DNA from: Candidatus Bathyarchaeota archaeon
GTDB lineage: Archaea > Thermoproteota > Bathyarchaeia > Bathyarchaeales > Bathycorpusculaceae
Reading direction: 5' to 3'
Length of the DNA stretch: 64,000 bases
NCBI GenBank assembly: GCA_963832745.1
Contig: CAWHVC010000003.1
Span: forward strand, 1 to 64,000
In this document: piece by piece, positions 9,540 to 20,194 of the stretch
Layout: every line of letters starts with the position of its first letter
Numbering within the stretch: position 1 is the first letter of the stretch
The notes under the pieces: generated by a model
Told to the model about the DNA's origin: nothing
Seen by the model: the letters and a program-made list of their open reading frames with translations, nothing else
Databases searched by the model: none
Translations under genes and position numbers: made by a program

Positions 9540-12500
9540 TTAAGAAGATGGCTCTTTGTTTCTTTCACGTTTTCTTAGAGCAAACACGGCAACTAAAACA
9601 ACAAGAAAAGCAATTATCAATGCAGCCACAAATGTCCACTGCGAAAAGTCACCGCTGGTTGCGTTTGTATTGAACTCAATGGACAATGTATGCGAGCTAA
9701 AGTGCGTCGTGTAGTAAACATAGTAGTTGTTTGCGTCTTCAGTGTAGCCTTGATTTTCGCATAATTGATTGTCAACATAAACTTGTGGCGTTGCCCCGTT
9801 TGGAACTGAAGTTTTTGGGATGGTAACGTTAGCAAAACCTGTTGTTCCGTTTGGCCCTGTTAGATTGAAGGAAATAGTTACTGCACCAGTTGACTGGTTA
9901 ACTGTTAGGGTTGCATTTGTAATTTGGCTGCTGCTTATGTTGCCGCTTATGGCAAGGTTGATTATGACACCGTTTTCCTGAGTCGCTGGTATGGTTGCAG
10001 GGGTCTGGCTTGTTGAAGGGCCAGTTGTCGGGGTTACTGTCGGCAGGGGTGTTGGAGTCAAGGTAGGGGTTGGTTCTGGGGTGGATGTTGGAGGCGGCGG
10101 GGGTGTTTTTACTGTAACGATAATGGTTGTTGTAGCGTTGTTTCCGGCTGCGTCTTGAATAGTTAATGTTGCGGTGTAAACTCCTGTTGACACATAAGTG
10201 TGTGTTACTGTTTTGCCTAAGTCAGATGCTCCATCTCCGAAGACCCAGAAGTAACGTACAATTTCAGTTGCGTCTAAACTTAAACTTGCATCGAAACTAA
10301 CGGTTTCGCCCTCATTTACAGTTTGGTTTTGACCAGCGTTGGCGGTTGGGGCGATGCTGTCAAGAGTAATCTGGGCATGGCAAACTGAAGTTAAACCTGA
10401 AGCATCCATGTACTGGACATAAACAGATTTTGAACCATCACTACCCTCAAGCGTCCAAACTTTTGATGCCGCATAATTTTCCCAAGCAGTCCATGAAACG
10501 TTATCATTGGAAAACCGCATCTGAACCACGTCTGAAATTGCGTCAGTTGCTGACAGCGTCAGATTCACAGTCGCCTGACTTGTATATGCTGACCCATTGT
10601 TTATACTGATTGAACCAACTGGAGGCGCAGTATCCAAAATGATAGAAGCGTAATAGACATGCACTCTTCCAACGTTATCTTGGATTAGATAACAAACAGT
10701 TTTTGTGCCGTCGCCATCGGTTAGATTCCATGCTTTAGTGCTTGCCATTAGCATCCAATTTGCTGCATCCAAGTTGCCTTCATTGCTCAATCGAATTTGG
10801 CTTACACCTGAACCGGTGTCTGTTGCAGTCAACGTAAGGGTTACTTGGGTTGTATTGGTGTATTCTGCACCGTTGTTTATCTGGATTGAACCTGATGGCC
10901 CAATGAGGTCAAGTTTAATGCCGGTTATAAAGTGATGAGTTTCCATGTTGTCTGCGATGTCAACGCTCCAGTATTCCAGCATGTTTTCAGAACCCTCTGT
11001 TGTAATTACTGGTTGACCGTTTGCAGCCACACTTTTGATGCTGCCACCGTTTACTCGGTAATAAATTTCGTTAACGCCAAAGTAGTCAGTAGCCGATAAC
11101 GGGATTGTAAAAACAGCAGTATGCCAACCGCTATAATAATCAGCACTTGTTTCTGGCGCTGTTGTATCAACAAACCACAACAACAAGTTTTCCAGCATAC
11201 ACTTGCAGTCTTGATTTATCGCCCAATCCTCTGCACCTTGACCACTCCAGTAAACCACTTTACCTGGAAGATTCTCAGTGGCAATAATTTTTGCGTACCC
11301 ATTACCTACTGTTGCAATGGTGGATGCGCCGCGGGCGGTATCAGCGGTGACGTTGTCATTGTCGCTGAATAAACCCGAAATGTGGTATCCTTCTGGATAA
11401 ACCCCAAAGGGTCCTTTCATTATGGGGTGGCTAGAGTTGGTAACGTATAAGTCAGGTTGCCCGGTGTTATCGCCTGTTGTACTTGAACGAACCACGTTGG
11501 CAAGCAAATCGTCAGCGAAATATAGGGAGTCATGTCCAGTGACTAAGAGGTTGCCGCCTGAATCAAGGTAATTGTTTAATGCTGTTTCTTCTACGGTTGC
11601 AAGTGACCTCGCGTACTTGTAAAAGATTACTGTCGGATAGGCTTCCAGCAAGTTAGAGTTTGCAGTGTACAAGTTGGTTATGCTTTGGTAAGCGTTGAGG
11701 TTGTTGTTATAAATGTCATAGTTAATCATCATTGAATCTAAAATGTAAACGATTTGTTCAAGCTGATTAACATCCGAAATTAAAGCGATTTTGTCGCTGA
11801 CTGAAACTATATTGACGTGTTGATTATCAATAATGTATGATTCGTTGGCTGAGGGGTTTACTGAGGCCCTTATTGTATAGATGGCATCTTTTGTTGGTGT
11901 CCAACTGTAGCTTGCATTGAAAACTGTTCCCGTTGCTAATTCAGGTATAGTTGCTGTTAACACGGATTCTTCATCAATTTGCAATTCGTAAGTTACGTTT
12001 GTTTCATTGTTTGACCCAAAGTTGCAGATTGTAAAGTTCAGCAGTGCAGTTTCACCTGCTTCCAACCCTTTAGGCGCCTGCAAAGTAACAGCTAACTCAT
12101 GTGAACTCTTGTTTAGAATAAACGGCAGGTAACCTGTGTTAGGCAACCAATCCCAATTTGAAAAGCTATCTAAAACTGAAAAGTCAAATGCTCCAGATGA
12201 CTGGATAGTTGTTGCATTAATTGCCACAACAAACGTGTCCGAATAGTTAGGCGCGTCAAGATAAACTATTGAATTCTCAGCCTCAAAAGCACAGATTGTT
12301 TCGTTCCACTTCCAAAAAGTACAGCCTTGATAACCCACAATAACCATGTAGTCTACACCAAGGTTATCCTGTTGCATTGGATAGAACTGGTCACGAAGTC
12401 CTGTTCGAGGGTTTCTGTCAACATCAATCATTAATGCAGTGTTTATGTCGCTTGAGCAGTAATTCCATGTCCGGTAGAAGTCTACTTTGAAGAAAAGTAA

Positions 12501-14252
12501 ACCAGTTTGGGATTGGGTTGATACTGTTTTAAGGTTGCATCCGTCGCCTTCGTCGGGGTCAGTGGCAAGCAGAGTCCAAGAATCCACGGGCTGAAGAGGA
12601 GTGAATTCTTTAGATATTGCGTTGTTTCCCGTTATGGTTTCCTCTGGCATGGGCAACACGACAGCCGTTACATTATACTTGCCGTCGCTTGTAGGTGTCC
12701 AAGATAAACCAGGATAAGCATAAGCACCTATCGCAATAGAATCAATGTTAACAGTATCTACTACTTGATTATTCACTAGCAACTGTACAGCCACGTCACT
12801 TTCAATACTGTAGCCACGATTAAGGATTGAAACGTTAAAGTTTGCAGGAACACCGGTTCTTACGTATTCAAAAGGCGTCTGCCAATCCTCAATAACAAGG
12901 TCATGAGCAGGCAAAGCTTCCTCGACAGCTCTTTTGGCATTTATTCTACCGTTACCGTACCAAACATCAAAACCTGGCTCACCCAAGTCATCACTGGTTC
13001 TTTCAAGTTGATATCTAACCAACTTTGCAGTCATTTCCGGATATTGACTCCAAATAAGTGCAGCAACACCTGCCGCATGCGGGCAAGCCATTGATGTACC
13101 GTTCATGTAGGAATAATTCATTGTGTAATTGTAGACGGTATTCATTGTTACCTGATATGTTGGCATGGTTGAGTAGATACGCCAGCCGGGAGCGGCAACG
13201 TCAACCCAACTACCATAATTAGTAAACCATGTAGGCTGGTCAGTATTGTCAGTTGCAGTTACAGCAATTATGTCTTCATAAGAAGCAGGATAAGTTAACG
13301 CGTCACTGGCATCGTTCCCAGCCGCTACCAAAACCAGCACATCATGCGCAACAGCATAAGCAATTGCGTCACGAAGAACACCCTCATCATTTGAGCCACC
13401 CCAGCTATTGCTTAAAATGTCTGCACCTGCATTTACAGCGTGAACGATACATTTTGCCAAGTCAGAGGTCGGTCCGTATCCCTCGGCGCCAAGGCCTTTT
13501 TCTGCCATAATTTTTACCTGCGCTAAACCTGCTATGCCTACGGAATTGTTTATTGTAGCAGCGATTATTCCTGCGCAGTGAGTGCCGTGGCCAAAGTCAT
13601 CCAAGGGGTCGTTATCGTTGTTGATGAAGTCATAACCTAATGGGACATAATGTGATGCTAAGTCGGGATGGGTATAGTCTATTCCTGTGTCGATTACGGC
13701 TACCAGTAAATCGTCATCGCCAACTGTTGTGTTCCAAGCAAAATCAGCTTGGATTGCTTTAGGTCCCCATTGAATGTCCCAATAGGGGTCGTCAGGTATA
13801 GAATCGACATGGCTAACCCCGTCTAATTCAACATAACGTACGAGTCCTAAATTCGTTATTTGCTCAGCCATACCCAGAGCGGTTGTTGCCGGCATGTTAA
13901 CGACGATGGCTTGGGTTGAATCCATAGAAAGTGTGTCGGTTATTGTGCCGCCGTTTTGGCTTACAATTTCTGTTAAGTTAGAATAACTTGTTGATTGGTT
14001 GCCTACGCCGATTACGATGTCGACGGAACCGTCACTTTTTATGTGGCTGTCGATATCCTGTAGCGTGATTACTTTTTGTTGAATTAGCCGTGAATCGGTT
14101 GATGAATCAGCAGCAGAATAACTGCTGACAGGTGGAATATTGTTGTTTTGAGTTACTTGTGCGGATGAATGGACAACGGCAAAGTTGCCTGTTAAGATTA
14201 ATGTGAAAATTAATAGTAAAACGAGTGATTTAGCTAATGTTTGCTGCTTGAT
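9540..14252 (-). CDS. Cell-surface S8 (subtilisin-like) serine protease with CARDB/Ig/PKD domains, Pro/Thr linker and C-terminal TM
   Basis: Catalytic VIDTG, HGTHCAG, GTSMACPH; frame stays open upstream of 13925 through a propeptide and signal peptide to ATC at 14252, with an in-frame TGA 9 nt before. Confidence 0.92.
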   Translation of the reverse strand: MKQQTLAKSLVLLLIFTLILTGNFAVVHSSAQVTQNNNIPPVSSYSAADSSTDSRLIQQKVITLQDIDSHIKSDGSVDIVIGVGNQSTSYSNLTEIVSQNGGTITDTLSMDSTQAIVVNMPATTALGMAEQITNLGLVRYVELDGVSHVDSIPDDPYWDIQWGPKAIQADFAWNTTVGDDDLLVAVIDTGIDYTHPDLASHYVPLGYDFINNDNDPLDDFGHGTHCAGIIAATINNSVGIAGLAQVKIMAEKGLGAEGYGPTSDLAKCIVHAVNAGADILSNSWGGSNDEGVLRDAIAYAVAHDVLVLVAAGNDASDALTYPASYEDIIAVTATDNTDQPTWFTNYGSWVDVAAPGWRIYSTMPTYQVTMNTVYNYTMNYSYMNGTSMACPHAAGVAALIWSQYPEMTAKLVRYQLERTSDDLGEPGFDVWYGNGRINAKRAVEEALPAHDLVIEDWQTPFEYVRTGVPANFNVSILNRGYSIESDVAVQLLVNNQVVDTVNIDSIAIGAYAYPGLSWTPTSDGKYNVTAVVLPMPEETITGNNAISKEFTPLQPVDSWTLLATDPDEGDGCNLKTVSTQSQTGLLFFKVDFYRTWNYCSSDINTALMIDVDRNPRTGLRDQFYPMQQDNLGVDYMVIVGYQGCTFWKWNETICAFEAENSIVYLDAPNYSDTFVVAINATTIQSSGAFDFSVLDSFSNWDWLPNTGYLPFILNKSSHELAVTLQAPKGLEAGETALLNFTICNFGSNNETNVTYELQIDEESVLTATIPELATGTVFNASYSWTPTKDAIYTIRASVNPSANESYIIDNQHVNIVSVSDKIALISDVNQLEQIVYILDSMMINYDIYNNNLNAYQSITNLYTANSNLLEAYPTVIFYKYARSLATVEETALNNYLDSGGNLLVTGHDSLYFADDLLANVVRSSTTGDNTGQPDLYVTNSSHPIMKGPFGVYPEGYHISGLFSDNDNVTADTARGASTIATVGNGYAKIIATENLPGKVVYWSGQGAEDWAINQDCKCMLENLLLWFVDTTAPETSADYYSGWHTAVFTIPLSATDYFGVNEIYYRVNGGSIKSVAANGQPVITTEGSENMLEYWSVDIADNMETHHFITGIKLDLIGPSGSIQINNGAEYTNTTQVTLTLTATDTGSGVSQIRLSNEGNLDAANWMLMASTKAWNLTDGDGTKTVCYLIQDNVGRVHVYYASIILDTAPPVGSISINNGSAYTSQATVNLTLSATDAISDVVQMRFSNDNVSWTAWENYAASKVWTLEGSDGSKSVYVQYMDASGLTSVCHAQITLDSIAPTANAGQNQTVNEGETVSFDASLSLDATEIVRYFWVFGDGASDLGKTVTHTYVSTGVYTATLTIQDAAGNNATTTIIVTVKTPPPPPTSTPEPTPTLTPTPLPTVTPTTGPSTSQTPATIPATQENGVIINLAISGNISSSQITNATLTVNQSTGAVTISFNLTGPNGTTGFANVTIPKTSVPNGATPQVYVDNQLCENQGYTEDANNYYVYYTTHFSSHTLSIEFNTNATSGDFSQWTFVAALIIAFLVVLVAVFALRKRERNKEPSS

Positions 14253-14338
14253 TGCTGGTCAACCCCTTGCGGAGTAATGGGCGAGAAAATAATTATTAAG
14301 TGTTATGAATTATGATACAATATTGTAAATTGGAAAAA

Positions 14339-15493
14339 TCATTCTGTTACCGAATGGTACCAACTGATAATATATTCAGGCAAGTTTAAACCTCTATCCG
14401 CAAGCCTCTCCGCCAATTTAACTGGCAACGGACTAAGAACATACGCGGCTCTAGTGTAGAAACGCCGAGGCACACCTACCCTTTGCTCTTCAGGGATAAC
14501 AATTTGCAAATCAGACTTACGGGCTAAAGTTGAATCCTTGCAGCCTGTAATTGCAAGCACGGAACCATTGTATTTTTTGAGGGCATCGCACCATAACAGG
14601 ACAGGTTTTGATTCGCCAGTATAGGAAATTAGGATTTCTACATCACCAGCTCTGGGTCTTGGAGTGTTTACGCCTCGTGCCATGAACACGTTATCGCCTA
14701 GAAAACTTTTGATATGAAAAAGGCGTATGCCAGTCATTTTAGCAATTTCTTTAGCTGTTCCTTTTCCGCCCAGAAAAACGTTTGTACCTTTCTCAAGCAT
14801 ATCTATCAATTGAATATAGGTTTCTGAAGCCACGTTGGCATCAATCAGGTTGCCGATGATTTCAAATTCTTCTTCGCAAAGTGTGAAAACATCCTCAACG
14901 CTTCCGCCTTTGGAGATACCTTCAATCATCATGTTAAGAAGTTCAAGGGTGCCTAACTCGAAAATGTCGCCCATCATGCCAGTATCACTGTAAACGCTTG
15001 CAGGCGTAGCTTGTCCCCGACCTTCAATCTGAACAGCGCTACCATATTTGCCGGCTATTTCTGCTAAAGGAGACTTCAAATTAGACGTCAACAAACCCAT
15101 GCTGAAACGGTCAGACTTTTTCTCGTCAATGTACCGTGCCAAATCTTGTGCCATAAGCAGTGGATCGTTGGATTGCCCGCTACCTGAGTTCATAAGCAAA
15201 AGCGTTTTCTTGTAGCGTTTCTCAAAAAATGGCGCTGCATAATGCATGCTTCTACCGGGAAAACCGGGGTCATCAGGGGTGTAAACTGCTTTGTTGCCCC
15301 ATTCAGCTTCGTTTAGAGCCATTAAACTCATTGCGGCATTAAGGGAGTACAGGGAACGACCGGACCCGCTGCAGATTATGCAGTCAGCCGTTTTCAGGTC
15401 CTCATACAACGGACCAAGACTGTTTTTACTTATAGCGAGAATGTTGTCACGAATTTTGTTTGCAAATCCTACGTTGCAAATTTTGCTTTTCAC
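14339..15493 (-). CDS. Tandem SIS-domain sugar-phosphate isomerase (6-phospho-3-hexuloisomerase-like)
   Basis: Two SIS halves: SGSGRS...NSGSG and GKGTA...ISYTGES...AIT; start uncertain. Confidence 0.75.
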   Translation of the reverse strand: MKSKICNVGFANKIRDNILAISKNSLGPLYEDLKTADCIICSGSGRSLYSLNAAMSLMALNEAEWGNKAVYTPDDPGFPGRSMHYAAPFFEKRYKKTLLLMNSGSGQSNDPLLMAQDLARYIDEKKSDRFSMGLLTSNLKSPLAEIAGKYGSAVQIEGRGQATPASVYSDTGMMGDIFELGTLELLNMMIEGISKGGSVEDVFTLCEEEFEIIGNLIDANVASETYIQLIDMLEKGTNVFLGGKGTAKEIAKMTGIRLFHIKSFLGDNVFMARGVNTPRPRAGDVEILISYTGESKPVLLWCDALKKYNGSVLAITGCKDSTLARKSDLQIVIPEEQRVGVPRRFYTRAAYVLSPLPVKLAERLADRGLNLPEYIISWYHSVTE

Positions 15494-15653
15494 AGCCACC
15501 AATGCACCCTTGAATGCGTAGATATTTCTGTCAAGCAACAGAGCGTAAAAGGGATATAAGGATTTGTAAAACGTCTATCCGGAAGTTAAACTGGAAAGAT
15601 AAAATTCCGAGTGCAAAAAAGAATAAAAAAAGAAAACGAGGAATTGCGTGTTG

Positions 15654-17936
15654 CTATTTGCGTTGCAGTTTTATGGCTAAGAAAGCAGCAATTAAGGCAG
15701 ATATCAAAGCGATTAATGCAAGTCCGATAGATGCTATTGGAAGCATTGATTCACCATAAACTTCGGTTGCGGGTGAACCTTGGGGTCCTGTGTCGCCTGT
15801 TTCGCCTTTAATACCTTGGGGTCCAGTTTGGCCGGTTTGACCTGCCTCGCCTTGGACGCCGGGGCTTCCATTAGTACCTTGAGCACCTGTTTGTCCAGTT
15901 GACCCAGTCATGTCTGGCACTGTGAATATAGCTGATGCTGCATTGTCTTGTTTGTCAGTCGCAGTTATGTTATAGGTTGCTGCTGAACTGCTTGGCAGAG
16001 TGATTATGGCGGTAAAGTTGCCGTCAGCATCTGTTTTTATGACTGATGGAACCGTTGGTATAACAGTTTCATTGCATGTTAAAGTAATGTCCATGTTTGC
16101 GGTAAAACCTGTGCCTTGAATTGTTGTTACAAAGCCGCTGTCAGGCGTCAAGGTTATTTGTGGCGTAACAGTGAAAATTAAGTAGTTATAGCTCTCGAAG
16201 TCCGCTCCGTCGTAGCTTAAATCTAAAAAGTAAGAGTCTGCATTAATTTTTGGAACTGTAAAGTTTACACTGAAACTACCTTTTTCGTCTGTTGCTGATT
16301 GAGTCACTTTAACTCCTAACATGTCGGGGCTAAGATGCAACGAAAAAGCAGTTGAACTTGCCCAGCCTGTACCGTTTGCATAGACCAAGGTGCCTACTGG
16401 ACCTTCAGTAACGTTTGTAATTATGGTAGGTTCAACATAAAAAGTGCAATTGCTTATTTGGTTTATTTCGTCAGTTGCTGCAATCAAATGGTAGCCGGTG
16501 CACGCGTTTGGTATATGGATTGTTGTGTTAAATTTTCCAGTTGTATCGGCGTTGGCTGTTGCGATTTGTGTTCCATTCCAAGTTAGGCTAATCTGGCTTA
16601 AAGCTTTGAAGCCTTCACCATTAACAGTAACCTTTGAACCAACAATGCCTCTTGTCTGGTTTAATCTTATCATTGAATCAGTTACTTCATACTCAGTTTG
16701 TGCCACTGTGTGTCCGTTAATAACTGCCGAAATATTGTATACTCGAGAAGCAACCTCAGGTATCGTAAAGTTTGCCACGAAACGCCCGCTATTACCTACA
16801 GTCACAGTGTTTAATTCAACTTCCACTGATCCGCCAACTTTCCAAACAAGAGTAACGTTACTAAACGCGGTGAATCCAATACCACGAATCGACTCAATTG
16901 AACCCCACACACCTGTCGGGTTTTGCGTTTCTATTGTTGGCTCTATGACTTCAAAAGTTTCGTAAGCAGAGTTTCCATTTTCGTCGGTTGCTGTTATTTT
17001 ATACATACCAAGAGCTGCATCAGGAATTGTTATGTTTCCTTCAAAATATCCAGTTTCGTCAACTGTTAGGGTTTTTAGAAATGATTCTGCGGAACCACCT
17101 AATTCCCAAACTATGTCGACAGTACTGTTATATGAAAAGCCATAACCTTCAACGCCTAACACGTTGCCAGCTGCGCCTTGGTTTGCGTAAAGGTAAAATT
17201 CGGGTGAGTACACCCAAAATTCTGCGGCTGCAGTGCATTCGTTAGTTGTTGCATTAAAGTAGTAGGGACCGTCCAGTGGAGTTTCTATCGAGTATGTTGT
17301 AGTGAAGTCGCCTGAAGTGTTTGTTGTAATGGTGCCGATTATTTGGTTGTTGAAAGTTAAAGTGACTAGTTTGTTTGCTCCGAAATATTTGCCTGACAAG
17401 TCTACCTCGGTACCAATGGGGCCATCCTTGGGATTTACTGTAAATGAAGGGTTTATAGTGAAAGAGGCTGAATCTACTGGCCCGTCGATGATGTCTTCGT
17501 AGGTTCTGGTTGTTACAGTTATAACGTAGTCGCCTGCCACATTAGTGTTCACTATACCGGATAATTGAATTGCAATTATTCTTCCTGCTGGAATAACAAC
17601 TGCGTCATCCACCAAGTAACGAATCGTTTGACCGTCGCCAGGATTTGACAACTGTCCAGATCCCAAGTTTATCACTGAAACTTTTTCAGCCGATGATACG
17701 TCAAAACCGTCAGGGAATATGAATTCAATAGCTTCAACTATTCCGCTGGTGGCGGTTGTAAAGGTAATGGAGTAGTCAGTTGTGTTTGCGGCGTTTTGAT
17801 TGTCAACTGTTACAGTCACCGTTGACAAAGCAGTTGCGCTCGTCAGTGGTACTGTTAAGAACAGTGAAACAAAAAGCAGCATTAAAGTTGATGCAGCAAA
17901 TATTTTTTTACCATTTTTACTGGTTAAGGTTTGCAT
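15654..17936 (-). CDS. Surface protein with tandem Ig-like repeats, collagen-like stalk and C-terminal TM
   Basis: Repeated GxVGSxVTVxGxGF units; 15 Gly-X-Y triplets; TM + KLQRK; ATG at 17936. Confidence 0.85.
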   Translation of the reverse strand: MQTLTSKNGKKIFAASTLMLLFVSLFLTVPLTSATALSTVTVTVDNQNAANTTDYSITFTTATSGIVEAIEFIFPDGFDVSSAEKVSVINLGSGQLSNPGDGQTIRYLVDDAVVIPAGRIIAIQLSGIVNTNVAGDYVITVTTRTYEDIIDGPVDSASFTINPSFTVNPKDGPIGTEVDLSGKYFGANKLVTLTFNNQIIGTITTNTSGDFTTTYSIETPLDGPYYFNATTNECTAAAEFWVYSPEFYLYANQGAAGNVLGVEGYGFSYNSTVDIVWELGGSAESFLKTLTVDETGYFEGNITIPDAALGMYKITATDENGNSAYETFEVIEPTIETQNPTGVWGSIESIRGIGFTAFSNVTLVWKVGGSVEVELNTVTVGNSGRFVANFTIPEVASRVYNISAVINGHTVAQTEYEVTDSMIRLNQTRGIVGSKVTVNGEGFKALSQISLTWNGTQIATANADTTGKFNTTIHIPNACTGYHLIAATDEINQISNCTFYVEPTIITNVTEGPVGTLVYANGTGWASSTAFSLHLSPDMLGVKVTQSATDEKGSFSVNFTVPKINADSYFLDLSYDGADFESYNYLIFTVTPQITLTPDSGFVTTIQGTGFTANMDITLTCNETVIPTVPSVIKTDADGNFTAIITLPSSSAATYNITATDKQDNAASAIFTVPDMTGSTGQTGAQGTNGSPGVQGEAGQTGQTGPQGIKGETGDTGPQGSPATEVYGESMLPIASIGLALIALISALIAAFLAIKLQRK
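15771..15905 (-). repeat. Collagen-like (Gly-X-Y)15 coding repeat
   Basis: GSTGQTGAQGTNGSPGVQGEAGQTGQTGPQGIKGETGDTGPQGSP. Confidence 0.9.
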
Positions 17937-18074
17937 ACTTTTTCGCTCTCTAAATTGTGTTTGATTGTTTGGCTGTATAGCTACAAAAATATCATTTATA
18001 AAGACTCGTATATTACGAAACAATATTTCAAAAACAATTACAAGCCCGACAAACACACAACAAAAAAAGAAAAA

Positions 18075-19442
18075 TTAGTTAGCAGAGTATTTACGTAGCT
18101 CCTCAATTTTGTGAATTTCAATCGAATTGCTTGCATGCCGCATCACCGTTCGTTCACCCGCTGTAAACAAGGCAGTCTCCTTATCCGCCAACAAACGCAT
18201 AGAATACAGTTTGTTTGTAACAGCCGATATGCGGTCTTTTTCATCAAGATAGTCTATTAACACCGGTTGAACACCGAAAGTCAGTTCCAACTGTTTTTTA
18301 ACTTTAAGATCCGGCGTAACAGCAATAATTGGCTGTGCAATTTTGAAACGTGCAATCATTCTTGCGGTATAACCTGTTTTTGTTAAAGTTATGACTTTAT
18401 CAAGCGGCATAGTTTGGCATATCCGATAAATCGCTCGGCTAACTGTGTCAGAAATGTTCACAAACACGGTATCTTCAACCTTGCTTTTCACGGCAGTCTC
18501 AGCTTCATGAGCGATACGACTCATCATTTCCACAGCTTCCACAGGGTACTGGCCAATAGCAGTTTCACCCGAAAGCATAATTGTGTCTGAACCGTCCAAT
18601 ATCGCGTTTGCCACATCGCTTACTTCAGCTCGTGTAGGTTGAGGCTGATGAACCATGGATTCCAACATTTCCGTAGCCGTTACCACTAGTTTGCCCCGTT
18701 GATTGCAGCGCTTAATTATTGATTTTTGAACAAGTGGAACCTTTTCCGGTTCAATCTCAACGCCTAAATCGCCTCTTGCAACCATTATACCGTTGGTTAC
18801 CTCAAGAATCGAATCAACATTCTGGACTCCTTCAAAGTTTTCGATTTTTGCAATTATGCCACCTTTGTAAATTTTGGCCAAGTCCTCTACGTCACACGCG
18901 TTTCGGGTGAAAGAGAGAGCAATATACTCAACGTCAAATTTTTTGGCAAAATTTACAATTTCTAAATCGTAATCAGTAAGCGTGGAAACTGTTAGACGCT
19001 TATTCGGCAGGTTAACGCCTTTGCCATCCTCAATTGTGCCACCAACTATGACAAGTAAGTGCAGTTTTTCGTCGGATTTTTCGGCAATTATAGTCCTCAT
19101 TTTTCCGTTATCAATAAGGATGATGTCGCCTACAGCTACGTTGTCATAAAAGTTGTGGTTGAAACTTACTTCTTCCCCGTTGAAGCCAACTTCTAATATT
19201 TCGCCTTTGGTTAGAACCCTTTTTTGTGCAGCTTTAAGCCTAACTTCTGGACCTTTAAGGTCAATAATTATTGGAATATCAGCTATTTTTCGAACGGTTT
19301 CAATAACAGATTGGTACTGAGCAGTGTTTCCGTAAGCAGTATTAATTCTTGCACCATTCATCCCTGCATGAACCATTCGCTTGATTATTTCCTTTGTACT
19401 ACTTGCTGGACCGATTGTGGCAATGATTTTCGTCTTCTTCAT
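18075..19442 (-). CDS. pyk: Pyruvate kinase
   Basis: KTKIIATIGPAS, DLKGPEVR, IIAKIE, GIMVARGDLGVE, ATEMLESM, MLSGETA. Confidence 0.97.
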   Translation of the reverse strand: MKKTKIIATIGPASSTKEIIKRMVHAGMNGARINTAYGNTAQYQSVIETVRKIADIPIIIDLKGPEVRLKAAQKRVLTKGEILEVGFNGEEVSFNHNFYDNVAVGDIILIDNGKMRTIIAEKSDEKLHLLVIVGGTIEDGKGVNLPNKRLTVSTLTDYDLEIVNFAKKFDVEYIALSFTRNACDVEDLAKIYKGGIIAKIENFEGVQNVDSILEVTNGIMVARGDLGVEIEPEKVPLVQKSIIKRCNQRGKLVVTATEMLESMVHQPQPTRAEVSDVANAILDGSDTIMLSGETAIGQYPVEAVEMMSRIAHEAETAVKSKVEDTVFVNISDTVSRAIYRICQTMPLDKVITLTKTGYTARMIARFKIAQPIIAVTPDLKVKKQLELTFGVQPVLIDYLDEKDRISAVTNKLYSMRLLADKETALFTAGERTVMRHASNSIEIHKIEELRKYSAN

Positions 19443-19584
19443 AAGCATCAGCATTAGTGAGACGTAAATCAAAATTAAAGCATGACGGTGCAAGTATCCA
19501 TATTACTAAAGCACCTAAATAGAAAAACCAAGACCAACAACGAATGTACATTGCAAAAAGTAAGATTTTTGTTAACCCATTTTT

Positions 19585-19965
19585 TTAAGGTTCAAGATGT
19601 CGTTTTAGGCTGGTTTCGAAGTTGTCAATTAGGCTGTTTAGGCTGGCTGTGATTTCTTTTACTCGGGCTTTTGCGTGTTCTTTGATTAGGTCGGGTTCAA
19701 CCATGGTGTATGCGTGGTAGTAGCCGCCGCCTTTGAGGGTTTTTGATTGTTTAACAACTAGGTTTGCGGTTACGAGTTTTGCGAGGCATCGGTGTACGGA
19801 ACTGCGGTCGCGTTGTACGGTTGTGGCGATTTGGTCTAGTGTAGCTTGGGGGTTTTTTGCGACGGCTAGGAGGATTTCGAGGTCTATGGGTTTTAGGTTG
19901 TAGAGGCAGATTAGGAGGTCTTGGCATGTTGCGCCTTTTGTTGAGAGTTGTTGTAGGCTGTCCAT
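19585..19965 (-). CDS. Winged-HTH transcriptional regulator (TrmB-like, COG3355-type)
   Basis: CQDLLICLYNL, TLDQIA...RDRSSVHRCLAKL, GGGYYHAY wing. Confidence 0.85.
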   Translation of the reverse strand: MDSLQQLSTKGATCQDLLICLYNLKPIDLEILLAVAKNPQATLDQIATTVQRDRSSVHRCLAKLVTANLVVKQSKTLKGGGYYHAYTMVEPDLIKEHAKARVKEITASLNSLIDNFETSLKRHLEP

Positions 19966-20076
19966 GTATTGTATTGTGTTGGTTCAAATATTTAAGTTTT
20001 GCACGGTTTTGGCAATACCGTAAAATATATACCTGACAGACACCATTACATAAGTATAAAGGAAGTGCAAACAAAC

Positions 20077-20181
20077 ATGCAAAACCTTGAATGCCCATAC
20101 GGCATACCAGACGACCAATGTTGCCAACGAGACACCTGTAAAACATATGTAGCAAGAAAAAAAGCCCAAAAACAAGCATAA
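20077..20181 (+). CDS. 34-aa Cys-rich microprotein
   Basis: ATG after AGGAAG; MQNLECPYGIPDDQCCQRDTCKTYVARKKAQKQA; next gene starts 14 nt later. Confidence 0.55.
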   Translation: MQNLECPYGIPDDQCCQRDTCKTYVARKKAQKQA

Positions 20182-20194
20182 ACAGGGACCAGCG

